Positions 26,597 to 39,154 of a stretch of DNA of 64,000 nt are shown here, in pieces. Positions within the stretch are counted from its first letter, which is position 1. Each line of letters begins with the position of its first letter. The translations under genes and the position numbers were made by a program. The notes beneath the pieces are model-generated. The model was not told the origin of the DNA, made no database searches, and was given only the letters and a program-made list of their open reading frames with translations. The stretch comes from Callorhinchus milii (Eukaryota). The stretch lies in NCBI RefSeq assembly GCF_018977255.1, contig NW_024704742.1, positions 101,434,001 through 101,498,000 of the forward strand, in the 5' to 3' direction.

Positions 26597-26955
26597 AAGT
26601 AAAATCACAATAATCTGGGACACACAAGTGTATACAGATAGAACAGTAATGTGTAATACCAGATATCATCATAAAAAGCAAGATTGTACATGCAGTAACA
26701 TTGCTGTGGCCATTCAAAGTGATTACAATGTATGAAATAAGGAATTAGAGAAGATCAGGAAGTATGTAGATTTACAAATTGAATGCACGTACGTGTGGAG
26801 TACAAGACAAGCATAATTCATATAATCATTGGTGCAACTGAGACTGTTAATAAGACAATTCAGAAATGGCTTGACAAGATACCGGTGCACAAAATCTGCA
26901 TCTGCTACAGAACGTAAATATTTTGGGAAGTTCAAATATACCAAGAAAGTAATAT
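26597..26955 (+). mobile_element. R4-clade-like (Dong/Rex6-type) non-LTR retrotransposon C-terminal restriction-like endonuclease fragment
   Basis: ITIIWDTQVYTDR...IAVAIQSDYNV*NKELEKIRKYVDLQIE...W / IIIGAT...WLDKIP / LLQNVNILGSSNIPRK. Confidence 0.8.
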
Positions 26956-27679
26956 CCATTAAAGTGTAACATGGCAGTATTATTGGTCTGGCTGACCTAT
27001 TACTGAAAACCACACATTTTTATAGCATACGTCACATCAGGAGAACTTCCTAAAGTGCTTCACAGGATATGTTGTAAAGTTCAGTGACTGTGTATTTTGT
27101 GTATGAACGAGCATTTTATTTTATTGTTCTAGATTAAACCTAGAATTAGATTTTTTTTCTGTTGATAACAGCTCCAAGTATTAGTCTAAACCTTCAGTGA
27201 ATGATTAATAACAACATCTAGTGTTTGGTTGTTGGCTCATCTTAATTGTTAAATAACTGGGTTTTCTATTTACAACATTTTACAATGTTAGTGTGGTTCA
27301 TTTGCTGTGTTGTTCAGTAAAAAGAGTATACAGTATTATAAACAGTTATAGCAGTTCAACAACTAAGATTAACATCTGCCTTAGGGTATTTTTAAGGCCT
27401 ATAAAATTCCTTTAAGTATTTATATTAAATAAGTGTATTCTGTTGTGTGCACATTGTTTTATTCAACTGAGGTACTGTGAAATAATGACCTGTTGGGTTT
27501 GCCTTTGAGAATTGAACTAATAGATTCGTAGAAGCATTAGAAACATGTTGTTGTTTAACCTGCTGCTGATTTGAACAGAAGGAGATTTATGTTAGCATCT
27601 GAGCAATGTCTACTGGGAAATTTTTGGAACATATACCAAGAAATTTAAAGAAAGTACTATTTAGTCAAATCCCATTAGG

Positions 27680-27997
27680 AGAATACCTCTCAAAGCACTT
27701 CACAGAATACTGTAAAGTGAATTGACTGTATATTTTGTGGGCGAAACGCTGCAGCTAATTGCACACAGCAATGTCCCACAAACAGTCATGGATTGAGTGA
27801 ACAAATTATCATTTAAAAAAAGAATTTGAAGGGATTATTATCCCCGGAAAAGCGACCCTCCAATCAACTAACAATCAGATTCCTATTTACTGCTAGGTAA
27901 ACAGAGGTGTGTGGAGTAAGGAAACTTGCCTAATGTTTCGCCCAGGTCCTCTCGCTTGCAAGTAGAGTGGTCTAACCAATATGCTACAGGACTCCAC
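27680..27997 (-). mobile_element. tRNA-derived SINE, long subfamily
   Basis: Reverse complement of 49793-50163. Confidence 0.9.
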
Positions 27998-28049
27998 AAA
28001 GCATCTGAAATGCTTTTGTCTGTGATCACCATTGGTAGAAATTCCTCTT

Positions 28050-28415
28050 CACTTGACAGGATATAACGTAAATTGGAGTGCCTGTGTGTATTCACATCAG
28101 TCAAGTTGCATACAGCAATGTCCCACAAACAGCTCTGAAGTGAATGACCAATTTTATTTGCTGTCCAGGACAATGGGAGAGACTCTTATTTTTTCAAATA
28201 GTGCAATGGGATCTTTAATGTTCATCTGAACGGCCAGACAGGACTTCAGTTCAATGCCCTATCCAAAGACAGCACCTCCAACAATGCAGCATACCCTAGC
28301 ATTGCACTGAAGTGCCAGCCAAGACGATATAAATACTAAGTCCCGAGGTGGGGCTTGAACCCATAACCTTCTGACTCAGAGGTGAGAGTACTACCAACTG
28401 AGCCAGGCTGACACA
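28050..28415 (-). mobile_element. Deu-type SINE
   Basis: Well-preserved reverse complement of the head and core of 26140-26590. Confidence 0.8.
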
Positions 28416-28556
28416 GCCTGCATCAAGCATTTGTAAAGCAAGATTTTTCCAGGAATGTAAATCAGAATTAAGTTTATTTCATTCGCCGAGCAGAGAATTC
28501 TGCATTCCTGGGCAAATATACCTCAAGAAATTAATTTTAAGTGGGAGGGTGGATTA

Positions 28557-29435
28557 ACAACAACAACAACTTGGAGTTAAATAGCGTCCTCCACACCGGA
28601 CGGCGTCTCAAAGCGCTTCACAGTAACGGATTCCGGGACCGAGCCAGGGGGAGGGGGAGGAAGGTGACCAAATGTGCGGTCGAAAAGAAAGGTCTTCAGC
28701 CGAGACCTGAAAATAGGAAGAAAGGGGACGAGGCGAAGGGAGTGAGGAAAGGAGTTCCAGAGCCTTGGGGCGTAGTGGCTGAAGGCACGGATGCCGAGGG
28801 TGGAGCAGAAGTTTTGGGGGACAAGGAGGAGGCCAGACTCGGCGGAGCGAAGGCAACGGGTACTGTTGTGAGGAGAGAGGAGGTCAGAGAGGTGGGGGTG
28901 CAGAGGAGTGGAGGGGTTTGAAGACAAGAGTGAGGATCTTGAAGTCGATCCTCTCTGGGACAGGCAGTCAGTGCAGTCTGGCAAGGACTGGGGTAATCAG
29001 GGAGCGGAGTTCTGTGCGGGTAAGATTGCAGGTGGCAGAGTTTTGGATGGCCTGGATTTTATGGATGGTAGTGGAGGGGAGGCTGGCGAGGAGGGCATTT
29101 GAATAATCCAGCCGAGAGGTGACAAAGGCATAGACCAGGGTTTCAGCGGCTTTTGAAGTGAAGCATTGGCGGAGACCGGCGATGGGTCGGAGGTGGAAGA
29201 AAGCTGTACTGGTGAGGGAACGGCTGTGGGGGAGGAAGGATAATTGGGGGTCGAACCTGATGCCTAGGTTGCATATGGGTTTGAAGAGTTTTAGGGGGAG
29301 GTCGGGTAGGTGAGGAGGTGAGAAGCATGTGATTTTAGACGTTGACAAGAGCCAAAGTGTATGGCTTCCGTCTTGTCAACATTTAGCTGAAGGAAATTTG
29401 CGCTCATACAGCTCCTGATGTCTGACAGGCAGGCT
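28557..29435 (-). mobile_element. L2 LINE 3' fragment (distinct subfamily)
   Basis: NLGIRFDPQLSF..SRLDYSN..IRAFSHYAPRLWNS peptides. Confidence 0.92.
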
Positions 29436-29436
29436 G

Positions 29437-30676
29437 AACAACAACAACAACAACAACAAAATTACATTTATAGAGCGGTTTTCACATCGGGAGGACATCC
29501 CAAAGTGCTGAACAGTCAGGTGTGGGGGCCCGAGCACGGGTGGGGTGGGGGGAGTGGTACAGGGGTGAGGGAAGGCAGAGAGGTGGGAGGAAGACCAAAC
29601 GCACGGTCGAAGAGAAGGGTCTTAAGACCGGCCTTGAAGGAGGCAAGGGAGGAAGGGGGCGAAGGGACCGTGGGATGGAATTCCAGAGTGTGGGGGCAGA
29701 GAGGCTGAAAGCCCGGCCACCGATGGTAGGGCCAGTCGAGCGGGAGACATGGAGCAGGCCGGAGCCCGATGAATGGAGGGAACGGGTAGGTTGGTAATAA
29801 TAATAATAATAATTCTTGCATTTGATATAGCGCTTTTCACGTCAGGAGGACGTCCCAAAGCGCTTCACAGAACACACTGTAAAGTGAATTGACTGTATAA
29901 ATGTGGGCGAACGCAGCAGCCAATTGCACATAGCAGTGTCCCAATCGTAGATTGAAAATGACCAATTTATTATTGTTTTTGGTTTTGGAGGGATTATTAT
30001 TAGGTGTGTGGAATAAGGAAACTTGTCCAAGGTTTCGCCCTGCCTGGAATTGAACTCAGGTCTCTCGCTTGCAAAGCGAGTGCTCTAACCACTGAGCTAC
30101 AGGACTAGCAGTGAGTCAGCAGGTCAGAGAGGTAGGAGGGGGCAAGGCCATGGGTGGCCTTAAAGGTGAGGATGAGGATCTTGAACTCGATCCTCCGGGG
30201 GATGGGGAGCCAGTGGAGTCGGGCGAGGGTGGGAGTGATGGGGTTGCGGAGCCTGGTGCGTGAGAGTACACGAGCTGCAGAGTTTGGGATGATCTGCAGC
30301 TTGTGAAAAGAAGAGTTAGGAAGGCCGATGGGGAGGGAGTTCCTGTAATCGAGCCTTGAGGTGACGAATGTGTGGGTGAAAGTTTCGACAGCCTGAGGGG
30401 TGAGGCAGTGGCGGAGTCTGGCAATGTTGCGGAGGTGGTGGTAGGCAATGCCGGTCATGGTGCGGATGTGGGGGAGAAAGGACAGTTCAGGGTCAAACAA
30501 GACACCCAGGTTCCTGACTGGCTTAGTGAAGCTGAGTGTGCAGCCATGGAGGTTGATGCTGCCAGCGCCTGAGGTGCGGAGGCACTGGCGCGAGACCAAT
30601 CGGTCTTGCTGACGTTGAGTTGGAGATGATTGGCCCTTGTCCAGGACTTGATGTCGGACAGGCAGTCGGTCAGGAT
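29437..30676 (-). mobile_element. L2 3' fragment with a nested SINE
   Basis: L2 tail 29437-29794 and L2 RT end 30106-30676 are collinear on either side of the SINE. Confidence 0.9.
29795..30105 (-). mobile_element. Full-length young SINE, short subfamily
   Basis: Reverse complement of 39155-39466. Confidence 0.95.
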
Positions 30677-31309
30677 GCAACCCAACAAAGAGCCTGCATT
30701 TCCATTTTATGGGTCTCTCACCTCAGAATGGAATGAAAATGGCAGCATTCAGACCCTGAGTGGAGTAAACCTCTAACCCGCAAAGTGATTTATCTGCCTG
30801 TGTTCCAAAAGGTGTTCGAGAAAAAAGGAACATATTTAGGAATGCTACAAATATTTTCCAATATTCCCTGAATAACTCAGTGATGGTAATAGAGCCAGCA
30901 ATAAGTGCTAGGTGTTTGAAAGGTTTGATTTCTGTACTATTGCTGATAATTACTGTAATGTCCCCAAAAGCAGGACACAAATCTCAAGAGTTAATTAGCT
31001 TTTGAAAAGACATATGACAGATTCTGTCAACAGAATCCATTTTTTACAATAGATTTAGCAACACGTCCTATTGGTAACTGAATAGGAATTTTCACCAACA
31101 CGGATAAAAGCATCAGTCACGTATGCTGCACAAACAAAAAACCACACAGCTATGCTTTTATCTACTTATCTGAAAAACATTGTAATTATGCAATGGAGCA
31201 GTTTACTTCAAACCACATTAAATGACTACCAAGAATGAAGACAGAAATTTAGGCTCTTTTAGGACAAAATCCTTGACATTTCATAAGTTTGTGAATGGCC
31301 AACTTCAAC

Positions 31310-33175
31310 TGTCGTAGAATCATACAGCACAGAAAGAGGCCATTCGGCCCATCGTGTCTGCGCCAGCTCCGAAAAGAGCAATCCAACTCAATCTCACTGG
31401 TCCGCTTTCCCTCCATAGCCCTGCAATCCCGTCCTCCCCAAATACCCATCTACTTCCCTCTTAAAAGTTGTTATCGAATCGGCTTCCACTATCGTTTCAG
31501 GTAATGCATTCCAAATCTGAACAACTCGCTGGGTTAAAAAAAAAATTCCTAATACCTCCCCTCTGTTTCTTTTAACAATTATCTTAAATTGGTATCCTCG
31601 AGTTAGTGACCCACATGCCAGTGGAAACAGCTTTTCCTGGTTCAACCTATCAAATCCTTTCATGATCTTGAAAACATCTATTAAATCCCTTCTTAATCTT
31701 CTCTGATCTAAGGAGAATAATCCTAGTTTTGCTAACCTTTCCTCATAACTAATCTCCTTCATTCCTGGTACCATCCTGGTAAACCTCCTTTACACCCTTT
31801 CCAATGCCCTAACCTCTTTCCTAAAGTGCGGTGCCCAGAACTGAACGCAGTACTCCAACTGAGGCCTAACCAGCATTTTATAAATATTCAATATAACCTC
31901 ATGACTTTTGTAGGCTATGCCCCTATTTATAAAGCCTAGTATCCTGTATGCTTTTTTAAAAGCTTTATCTACCTGTCCTGCCTCCTTCAGAGATTTGCTT
32001 ATGTGGACCCTCAGGTCTCTCTGTTCATTTGTCCTCTTTAAAATTGTACCATCTAGCTTATACTTATACTTATAGTTCATCAGGTTCCAGCCTGCTCCAT
32101 GTTTCCCGCCTGACCCACCCTACCATCGGTAGCCGGGCTTTCAGCCTCTCTACCCCCACATTCTGGAACTCCATCCCACGATCCGTTCTCCTCGCTTCCT
32201 CCCTTGCCTCCTTCAAGGCCGGTCTCAAGACCTTTCCCTTTAACTGTGCCTTTGGTCTCCCACCCACCTCTCTGCCTTTCCTCACCTCTACACCACCCCT
32301 CTCCCATGCTCGGGCCCCGACATCTGACTGTTCAGTTCTTTGGGACATCCTCCCGACATGAAAGGCGCTCTATAAAAGTCATTTTATTGTTGTTGTAGCT
32401 TACACTGCCTCTCCTCATTCTTCCTACCAAAATGCAACACTTCGCATTTCTCCACATTAAACCTCATCTGCCATGTTTCTGCCCATTTTACCAACCTGTC
32501 TAAGTCCTCTTGAAGTCTTGTGCTATCCTCCTCACCATTAATTACTTTTCCTTGCTTAATATCCTCTGCAAATTTGGAAATTGTGTTCCCTATATCCATT
32601 AATATAGATCAGAAAGATTATTAATATAGATCAGAAAGAGCAGTGGTCCCGACCCCTGAGGGACACCACTACACACCTCCCTCCAGTCAGAAAAGCAACT
32701 GTTTACTACCACTCTCTGCTTTCTGTCTCCGAGCCAGTTCCGGATCCATGTTGCCACAGTCCCTTTAATACCATGGGCTTCTATTTTATTTATAAGTCTC
32801 TTATGTAGCACTTTGTTAACTGCCTTTGAAAATCTAGATAAACTGCGTCTACTGCACTACCTTCATCCACCCTCTCAGTTACTTCATCAAAAAATTCTAT
32901 TAGGTTTGTCAGACACAATCTGTCTTTAACAAATCTGTGTTGACTGTCCTTTATTAAACCATATTTTTCTAAGTGAGAATTTATATTATCCCGGATTATA
33001 GTCTCCAGAAGTTTTCCTACTACTGATGTTAGGCTGATTGGCCTGTAGTTCTCAGGTTTATCCTTCTGCCCCTTTTTGTACAGGGGAGTAACATTTGCAA
33101 CCTTCCAGTCCTCTGGCACCACTCCAGTGTCCAAAGAGGATTGAAAGATTGTGGTCAGAGCCTCCACTATTTTTA
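31310..33175 (-). mobile_element. CR1 LINE ORF2 (RT) 3' portion, 5'-truncated
   Basis: VPEDWKVANVTPLYKKG..NYRPISLTS, GVPQGS, ISKFAED, RPQLEYCVQFW, YEERLAKLGLFSL. Confidence 0.97.
32074..32397 (+). mobile_element. L2 3' tail inserted in CR1
   Basis: L2 3' UTR with TGT tail. Flanks share tagctta(t/c)act, consistent with a target-site duplication. Confidence 0.9.
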
Positions 33176-33269
33176 GTATCTCCTCTCTGTTGATTTTTAA
33201 TGAACCTTAAAAAAGAGTAAGGCTCTTTCAGCTTTACGGTTCCTCCCATTTTTACAAAATCAAACAAGT

Positions 33270-33452
33270 GCTAATTTTTCCATTCCGATTACTTTAGAGG
33301 TCCCAAACTTCTCACAGCATTAGCCCTAAAACTATTGACCAAATCAGCTTCCAAATTGAGCCTGATTGTAAGAATTCTTCAAAATTTTATGCATGATTTT
33401 AAATTTTGCAACAATGTAATCAAGATTAAGATCATGATAGATTTCAGACCTT
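33270..33452. mobile_element. Decayed MITE-like relic, same family as 15194-15477
   Basis: Shared right-arm sequence ttccaaattgag..attttaaattttgcaacaatgt..gatttcagacc. Confidence 0.4.
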
Positions 33453-34441
33453 TGATATTTTCATGCTCATTATGACCTTTTTTTCATAAAACAAGCTTAT
33501 CACAACAACATTACTTCTTTGACCATGCTTTTGATTATCTTTCCTCTACTTTTAAAGGAAATTCTATTTTTATGATGAAACCATCTGAAATAGTGGTGAA
33601 AAATCTCACTGATCCTAATTTTATTTATTATTCTTTCAAGAGAAAGTTTCTTTAATTTTCTTAGAGGCATTTTAGTGGTGAGATTTGCTTTCCTACTATA
33701 ATTTAAAACGTGATCTTACATTCTGTTAATTCTATTATCAGAGCTGCTAAACTGAGTTCCCTTCTGCTTGTTCAGGTGGATTTTAAAGATCCAGTGATCT
33801 GACAACCAATCATCAGTTGAGTTAATCGTTCACTTCATAGGTGTTTGTGGGAATTTCGGACCATAACAGCTTATCTTCCTTTTTCCTTTTCTTCTGTGAC
33901 CATTAGCACATCATCTGGGTCCAGACACACCTTCTCTATCTGTCTATTTTGTTGCAATTTTTCCTCCCTTTGTTTTGCATCATTATAACCTCTTTAACCC
34001 ATCATCTCCTGTCCTCTACCCCATTTTCTTATTTGTCTTCCTTGCCCTACCTCCCGCTCTCTGTTAGCCCTCAAAAGCCTCTCCCTCCCAACACTGACCC
34101 ACTTTCCTTTCTCCATAGATGCTGCCTGACCTGCTGAGTGTTCCCAGCGACTTCTGTTTTGGTTTCACTTTACAGCAATGACCTGTGGAACATTTTGCAA
34201 CATAATGATATTATAGGTACAATATCAATAGCAAGATTATTATTATGAAAAAAAGTTGCTGGAACAATAATGGACAAGAAGACAGCTCTGTGATGTACAG
34301 CCCAGAATTAAATGTTTTTCAATTATTATTGAAATGGGGCTGATTCAGTCTCACGAGCCCCTGATTTTGCCTGTGTTCGCCATGACTAGATCCCCAATAA
34401 ATAAATAAATACAATACAATAAATACAGTGCTTTATTTTAC

Positions 34442-34743
34442 CTGGTGGATGGAGTCCTAGACTTGACAGGTAGAAGTAAAGGAGCTTATTGCAGGAAGCA
34501 ACAAATGAAGATTATGCAGTGCTCAGCCTGCAGTATCAGAGCAACGCTTTGCACAACCCATGAAGGGCAATATATTTCTTCTTAACCGCGTTTTCAGCAA
34601 TCTTTCCCCTCTCCATCCCCATTCGACTTTCACCCCCAGCTCAGGTGTCCTTCCTGTGAAGTTCTTTGAGACGCAATATAAATGTAAATTGTATTGTAAC
34701 CAACCATAAAAGCACACGGCCACTTTTTTTTGAGTTGTACTAT
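34442..34743 (-). pseudogene. Pseudo-exon, kinase repeat 7, subdomains II-V, interrupted by an L2 tail
   Basis: Long polypyrimidine acceptor ending ttgcacag. Reads DSTTQKKVAVC (cf. KKVAVK), then after the insert QAEHCIIFICCFLQ*APLLL. Donor CAG|gtaaaa. Confidence 0.55.
34600..34697 (+). mobile_element. Short L2-type tail inside a pseudo-exon
   Basis: ctgtgaagttctttgagacgcaatataaatgtaaattgtattgt tail motif. Confidence 0.65.
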
Positions 34744-35354
34744 CTGTGCAATAAGTAAAAAGAGAAAGTAGAAGTGGAGAAAGAAACACAAGTTGGGTGA
34801 GAGAAAGAAAGACATTCACATAGAGATTTTATCTCCAATTTGACCTTGTCAAACAAAATGTAGCTCAGTGCCACCAATTTTATGACCATCTCCTTACAGC
34901 TCACCTCAATACCACCTTCAAATTATTGTACTCAACCCAATTCACGGGAGAAGATTTGCTGCTGCTACTTTTGGAATGGTCTCTTGAAGTGTTAATAGAA
35001 CAATTCGCACTTAACCAAAGACTGGAAGCAAACACCTAAATACTATTTCAACCCATTATATGTTTAACTCTTTCCACTCCATCCAGTCCCTGCACTGTGC
35101 TCGTTACAATTCATAACCAATATCCTGCACATCAGCAAGCTTTTTTTTCATAACTAAAAACCTGAAGGATTTATGATTTGGAAGCTGATAAAATTAAGGT
35201 TGTGGGTGAGGAGCATATCAATGGATGAGCACTTAATAAACAAATAACTCATATTAAAATGTATGAAATAAATGAATAAACTAGTTCTGTATCTAATAAA
35301 TTAGTATTTCCTTCTAATTGGCTTATTGTTACAACAAAGTCATTTGAAACTTAC

Positions 35355-35479
35355 CAATTGATACGTCCTGTAGCTCCTGTAAGAAAGGTCATCCATGTAA
35401 GTGGTGGGAAACTGCTCACTAATGGGAACTGTTCTCACCAGCTGGAATCATGCTGTCATTACAGTCATTCATACATGAC
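35355..35479 (-). pseudogene. Pseudo-exon with strong splice sites, start of kinase repeat 7
   Basis: Acceptor tttcttgttttctctcttaaatttctctag, donor TTG|gtaagt. Stops in all frames. Phase-1 join to the next exon. Confidence 0.55.
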
Positions 35480-36071
35480 CTAGAGAAATTTAAGAGAGAA
35501 AACAAGAAATAATCTGTAAAAGAAAGCCTGTATACTATAACATATATGAAATGGTGTGTGTGGCATTTTAAGCAATTTTAAAAGACTGCCCCCTTGTAAA
35601 TTTCAATTAATGTGATTTAATAATCACTGCATTTATTAGATTCTAAAAATAATCACCCAACATGAAATCATCAATCGCTTGAACGAATGGTTTTGTAATT
35701 GACATTCATTCATTTGTAAGTCATGCTTATCACACCTACGTGTAAGACCTGGAAGGTTCAGACAGGAGTCCTTTTCTATGTCAGAGACATTAAAGTGTCA
35801 TGTATCATGACATACATTCACAAAGCATTGTTAAAAATTTAATTAAAGAAGAGGGTGGCTACATGGACAAATTGGACGTTGTGAGTAGTGTTGGGTTGTG
35901 CATAAATCCTTCTTAGTTTTAATGCTACAAATGATTCACTGAGTTGTTTAAATCAGAACCAGGCTGATTAAAACATTCAGCACCAAAGTACAAAAACTGA
36001 AGATGATTTTGTACTTTCTAAAATGATTCAGTTTTGTAACTTCAAAGAGTACCAATGTACTGTGATGCTAC

Positions 36072-36158
36072 GAAAGAAGGAAGGGAGGGAGGGAGGGAGA
36101 GAGAGAGGGAGGGAGAAAGAGAGAAAGGGAAGGAGGGAAGGAAGGACCAAGGGAAGGA
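36072..36158 (+). repeat. Polypurine (GGGA/GA/GGAA) tract
   Basis: Seen directly in sequence. Confidence 0.9.
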
Positions 36159-38053
36159 TCCACACAGTCCGTCCAGAGGATTCATACTATTCAAGCTCTT
36201 AAAGGTCTTAACATGCAAAAATATCTTAAAGAGCTTCGTACATAGCTTATTGAATGCCCTCAATACAGCGGCTTGGGATGACTTCTGACGCGAAAGGCAC
36301 TATACAAATGTAATTATTTGTTGCTGTTGTTGTTGTAGTGCCTTATTTTTGTAAGCAGATAATCTCCACCCAAAAATGCCAGCTGTCAATCCCCTAAGCA
36401 ATCATAACCTTCCCATCCATTCAAATGATTGCTCACATGGCCTGGATCAGACAACAGAGACAGGAAGAATTGTTCGCAATCTCTTTATTATGAGATGATG
36501 TACTGATAAACAAAACATTTCAAAGCAAAACATTTTGAGCAACAGCAACTTGCATTTATATAAAACCCTTCATAAGGGGTAGCATCTTGGAGCACTTAAC
36601 AATGGCATAGTTTGATGCCAAGCCAGTGGGGGCACGGGGAGGGGAGGCACAGTCAAAAAGTAAAGTCTTCAGGAAAAGTGCACAATAGGGGGGAAATGAT
36701 CAGCCCATGAAAGCAACGTCTATTCAATTTAAAATGCTGGAACGGGTATTGATACAATGAGGGGAGACAGTCTGGTTAGAGTAAATCCAAATAATAACCT
36801 CAAAGGAATTCCATTTTCCTTTGAAACCAGGCTGAGACATTTGTTTTGTATGAGTATAGGGGGGGTGGGGGGGCTAGAAAAAAATTGCAAAAGTGTTTTA
36901 TTTGAGAGAGTTTCAGAGAGCCAGCAAAAACATGATAGGCTGAATGGCCTCCTTCTTTATTGTAAATTTCTACAGTTCTATGTAGTATGTTTTTTTAGGG
37001 CACATGTGAAAAAATTACCTATGAAATACACTTTTCAGTAAATCCTGTGAAACACTTTGAGACATTCTCTTGATATATCAATTCCAAGGATTATTATTAA
37101 TAAAATATTTTATCCTAGTGTTGACATGTCACCGGAATTTAATTTCATTGCCATTTGACTTTCCAGCAGATTTATTTCAATGTAACATGAGGCTTAATAC
37201 TTCAATTAATTTAATTCAGCTTGATTACATCTTCATCATTGTGTAGCTATCAATTCACCTCATGCCCATTTGCTGTGATTCCAAATGCAATTTATCTGTT
37301 ACTATGCTTGCCATCTCTATATTGTACGGTGACATATTTCACATCCTCCACGGAATCAGACTTTCACCTTTACATTGTGGATCTGCCCTTTACCCATTCT
37401 GCAAAACTTGCTACAGTGCAGTGGCATTTAGGAATGAATGTATTTCTTGAAAGTCATTGCTGCCAGTATTCAGTGAAGTGTAAGAGAAGAAGCAACAATT
37501 GAAGTATATAAGACCCAAAATCTAATAGAGAATGCGAACCCAGAACTGTAGGTTCAGATATGCTAAGACAAGAGCTCATAGGTTTAGCACTGTGAAGGGC
37601 AATCTAGAATGCACAACAAACCATACACAGTCTTTGCACCAAGAGAAATTAACAGTTGGATAGAATTTTAGTGGATTTACCAACAAAAACACCATCACTA
37701 CACTGCAAAGCACTTTGAGACATCCTGCTGACATGATAAGGCATTATATCAAATGCAAGGATTATTATTACCTTTTTTTATTATTTTTACAAGAATGAGT
37801 GGTACAGACAAGGTCATGTGGATTCACTTAAGAAACAGCTTGATGTTGCAATCTGAAGATGGTGGGGTGGTTATTCTGGAAGGATGAGATGAAGTAGGCC
37901 AAAGGGCTTTTAGCAATCCATATCTCTCTTGTGACCCTGTGAAGTTATCTTTACTCCATAGCTGTACTTTCTGAAGAGACACAGCATTACACTTAACACT
38001 GCACATCATCACTAACCAGGGTTGTCTATTCTATTAAAAATAGAATCAAATAC

Positions 38054-38580
38054 CACCTCAGCATATCTTCGGCTTTATGTTGAATGAGGTTTGTTTGCCC
38101 ATATATTGCTGGCCTGAACAATTTCCAAACTGCAGATCTTTGAAAGGATAACTTAGCTTCTTTGTTTTCTTCTGGCAACTTGCCTTTTCCTTAGCTCATA
38201 GCATCACTTATCACTAAACACTGGGACCATTATTCTCACTAGCCTTTTTGTTTTGACAACCATTGCGTTTTCTGGATATTTTTTTCTCCTGTATTCTTCA
38301 AGCTGCTAGATTTTGTTTTATTTCCTGAACTTCCAGTGACCACATGTACAGGCAGTTTTTAAAGTTTATTGCCCGTGAGAGGTTCATAGCAAATCATCTT
38401 AAATTCAGAAATATTCTAATTGGAAATGAACCTCAGTAGGTTTCCATTTCAAAGGACTCTGACTTGAAAACCATTCAACAGTAGTTGACTGATTCTGGCA
38501 AATAACATGTTAATTGATCTCCAACACCCGTCAGCCAACTCCACTATCAATTTTAGACTCAGTGTATCAGCAAAGCCACC
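38054..38580 (-). pseudogene. Candidate pseudo-exon, kinase repeat 6 X-XI plus linker
   Basis: Unique sequence with partly open minus frames. SQLLLN../SPLKWKPT-like piece, then a K/S-rich stretch. Confidence 0.35.
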
Positions 38581-39154
38581 CTGCTAGGTATGTATAAAAT
38601 AATAACTGTGGGACCCATAGGGGAACTTGGGAAAACAGGAAGAGGTCATTCAGCTCATCAAGCCTGTTCCCCTACAGGCTCAATGAACAGGACTTTTCAA
38701 ATTATCAATTTTTTTTGTTTTTATTCTTCGGACCTGTGATGCGTTAAATATAAACCAAGTTCTCTTTTTTATAGACTTCACCTCAATCACCACACACAAA
38801 CCATTTTTGCAGCCATCATAAAAAATTCCTCTATGATTTCTTCCAGAATCTCCTGACTGTATTTCTGCTTTGAGAAGCCTGTCATTACCTCCAAAGAAAT
38901 GTGCTGACGGAGTTGTTAGGTTTTACTTTAGGGGAAGTCTTGGGATCTCAGGGCTTCTGGGACTGAAAGGATAGCTCTTTAAAAGAGCCAGCATAAAGAC
39001 ATAATAGGGCTGAATGCACTTTAAGACATCCTGCTGACATGATAAGGCATTATATCAAATGCAAGGATTATTATTGCAATATAAATTTGTATGGTTGTTA
39101 ATATTCCTTGCATTCGGTATATGATTTCAAATTTGGAGGATGTCCTAAAGCAGT

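Noticed and set aside
30722..30797. Additional minus-strand exon (cacag / gtgaga)
   Set aside because: Splice-like sites are present, but all frames have stops, there is no kinase motif and the phases do not fit.
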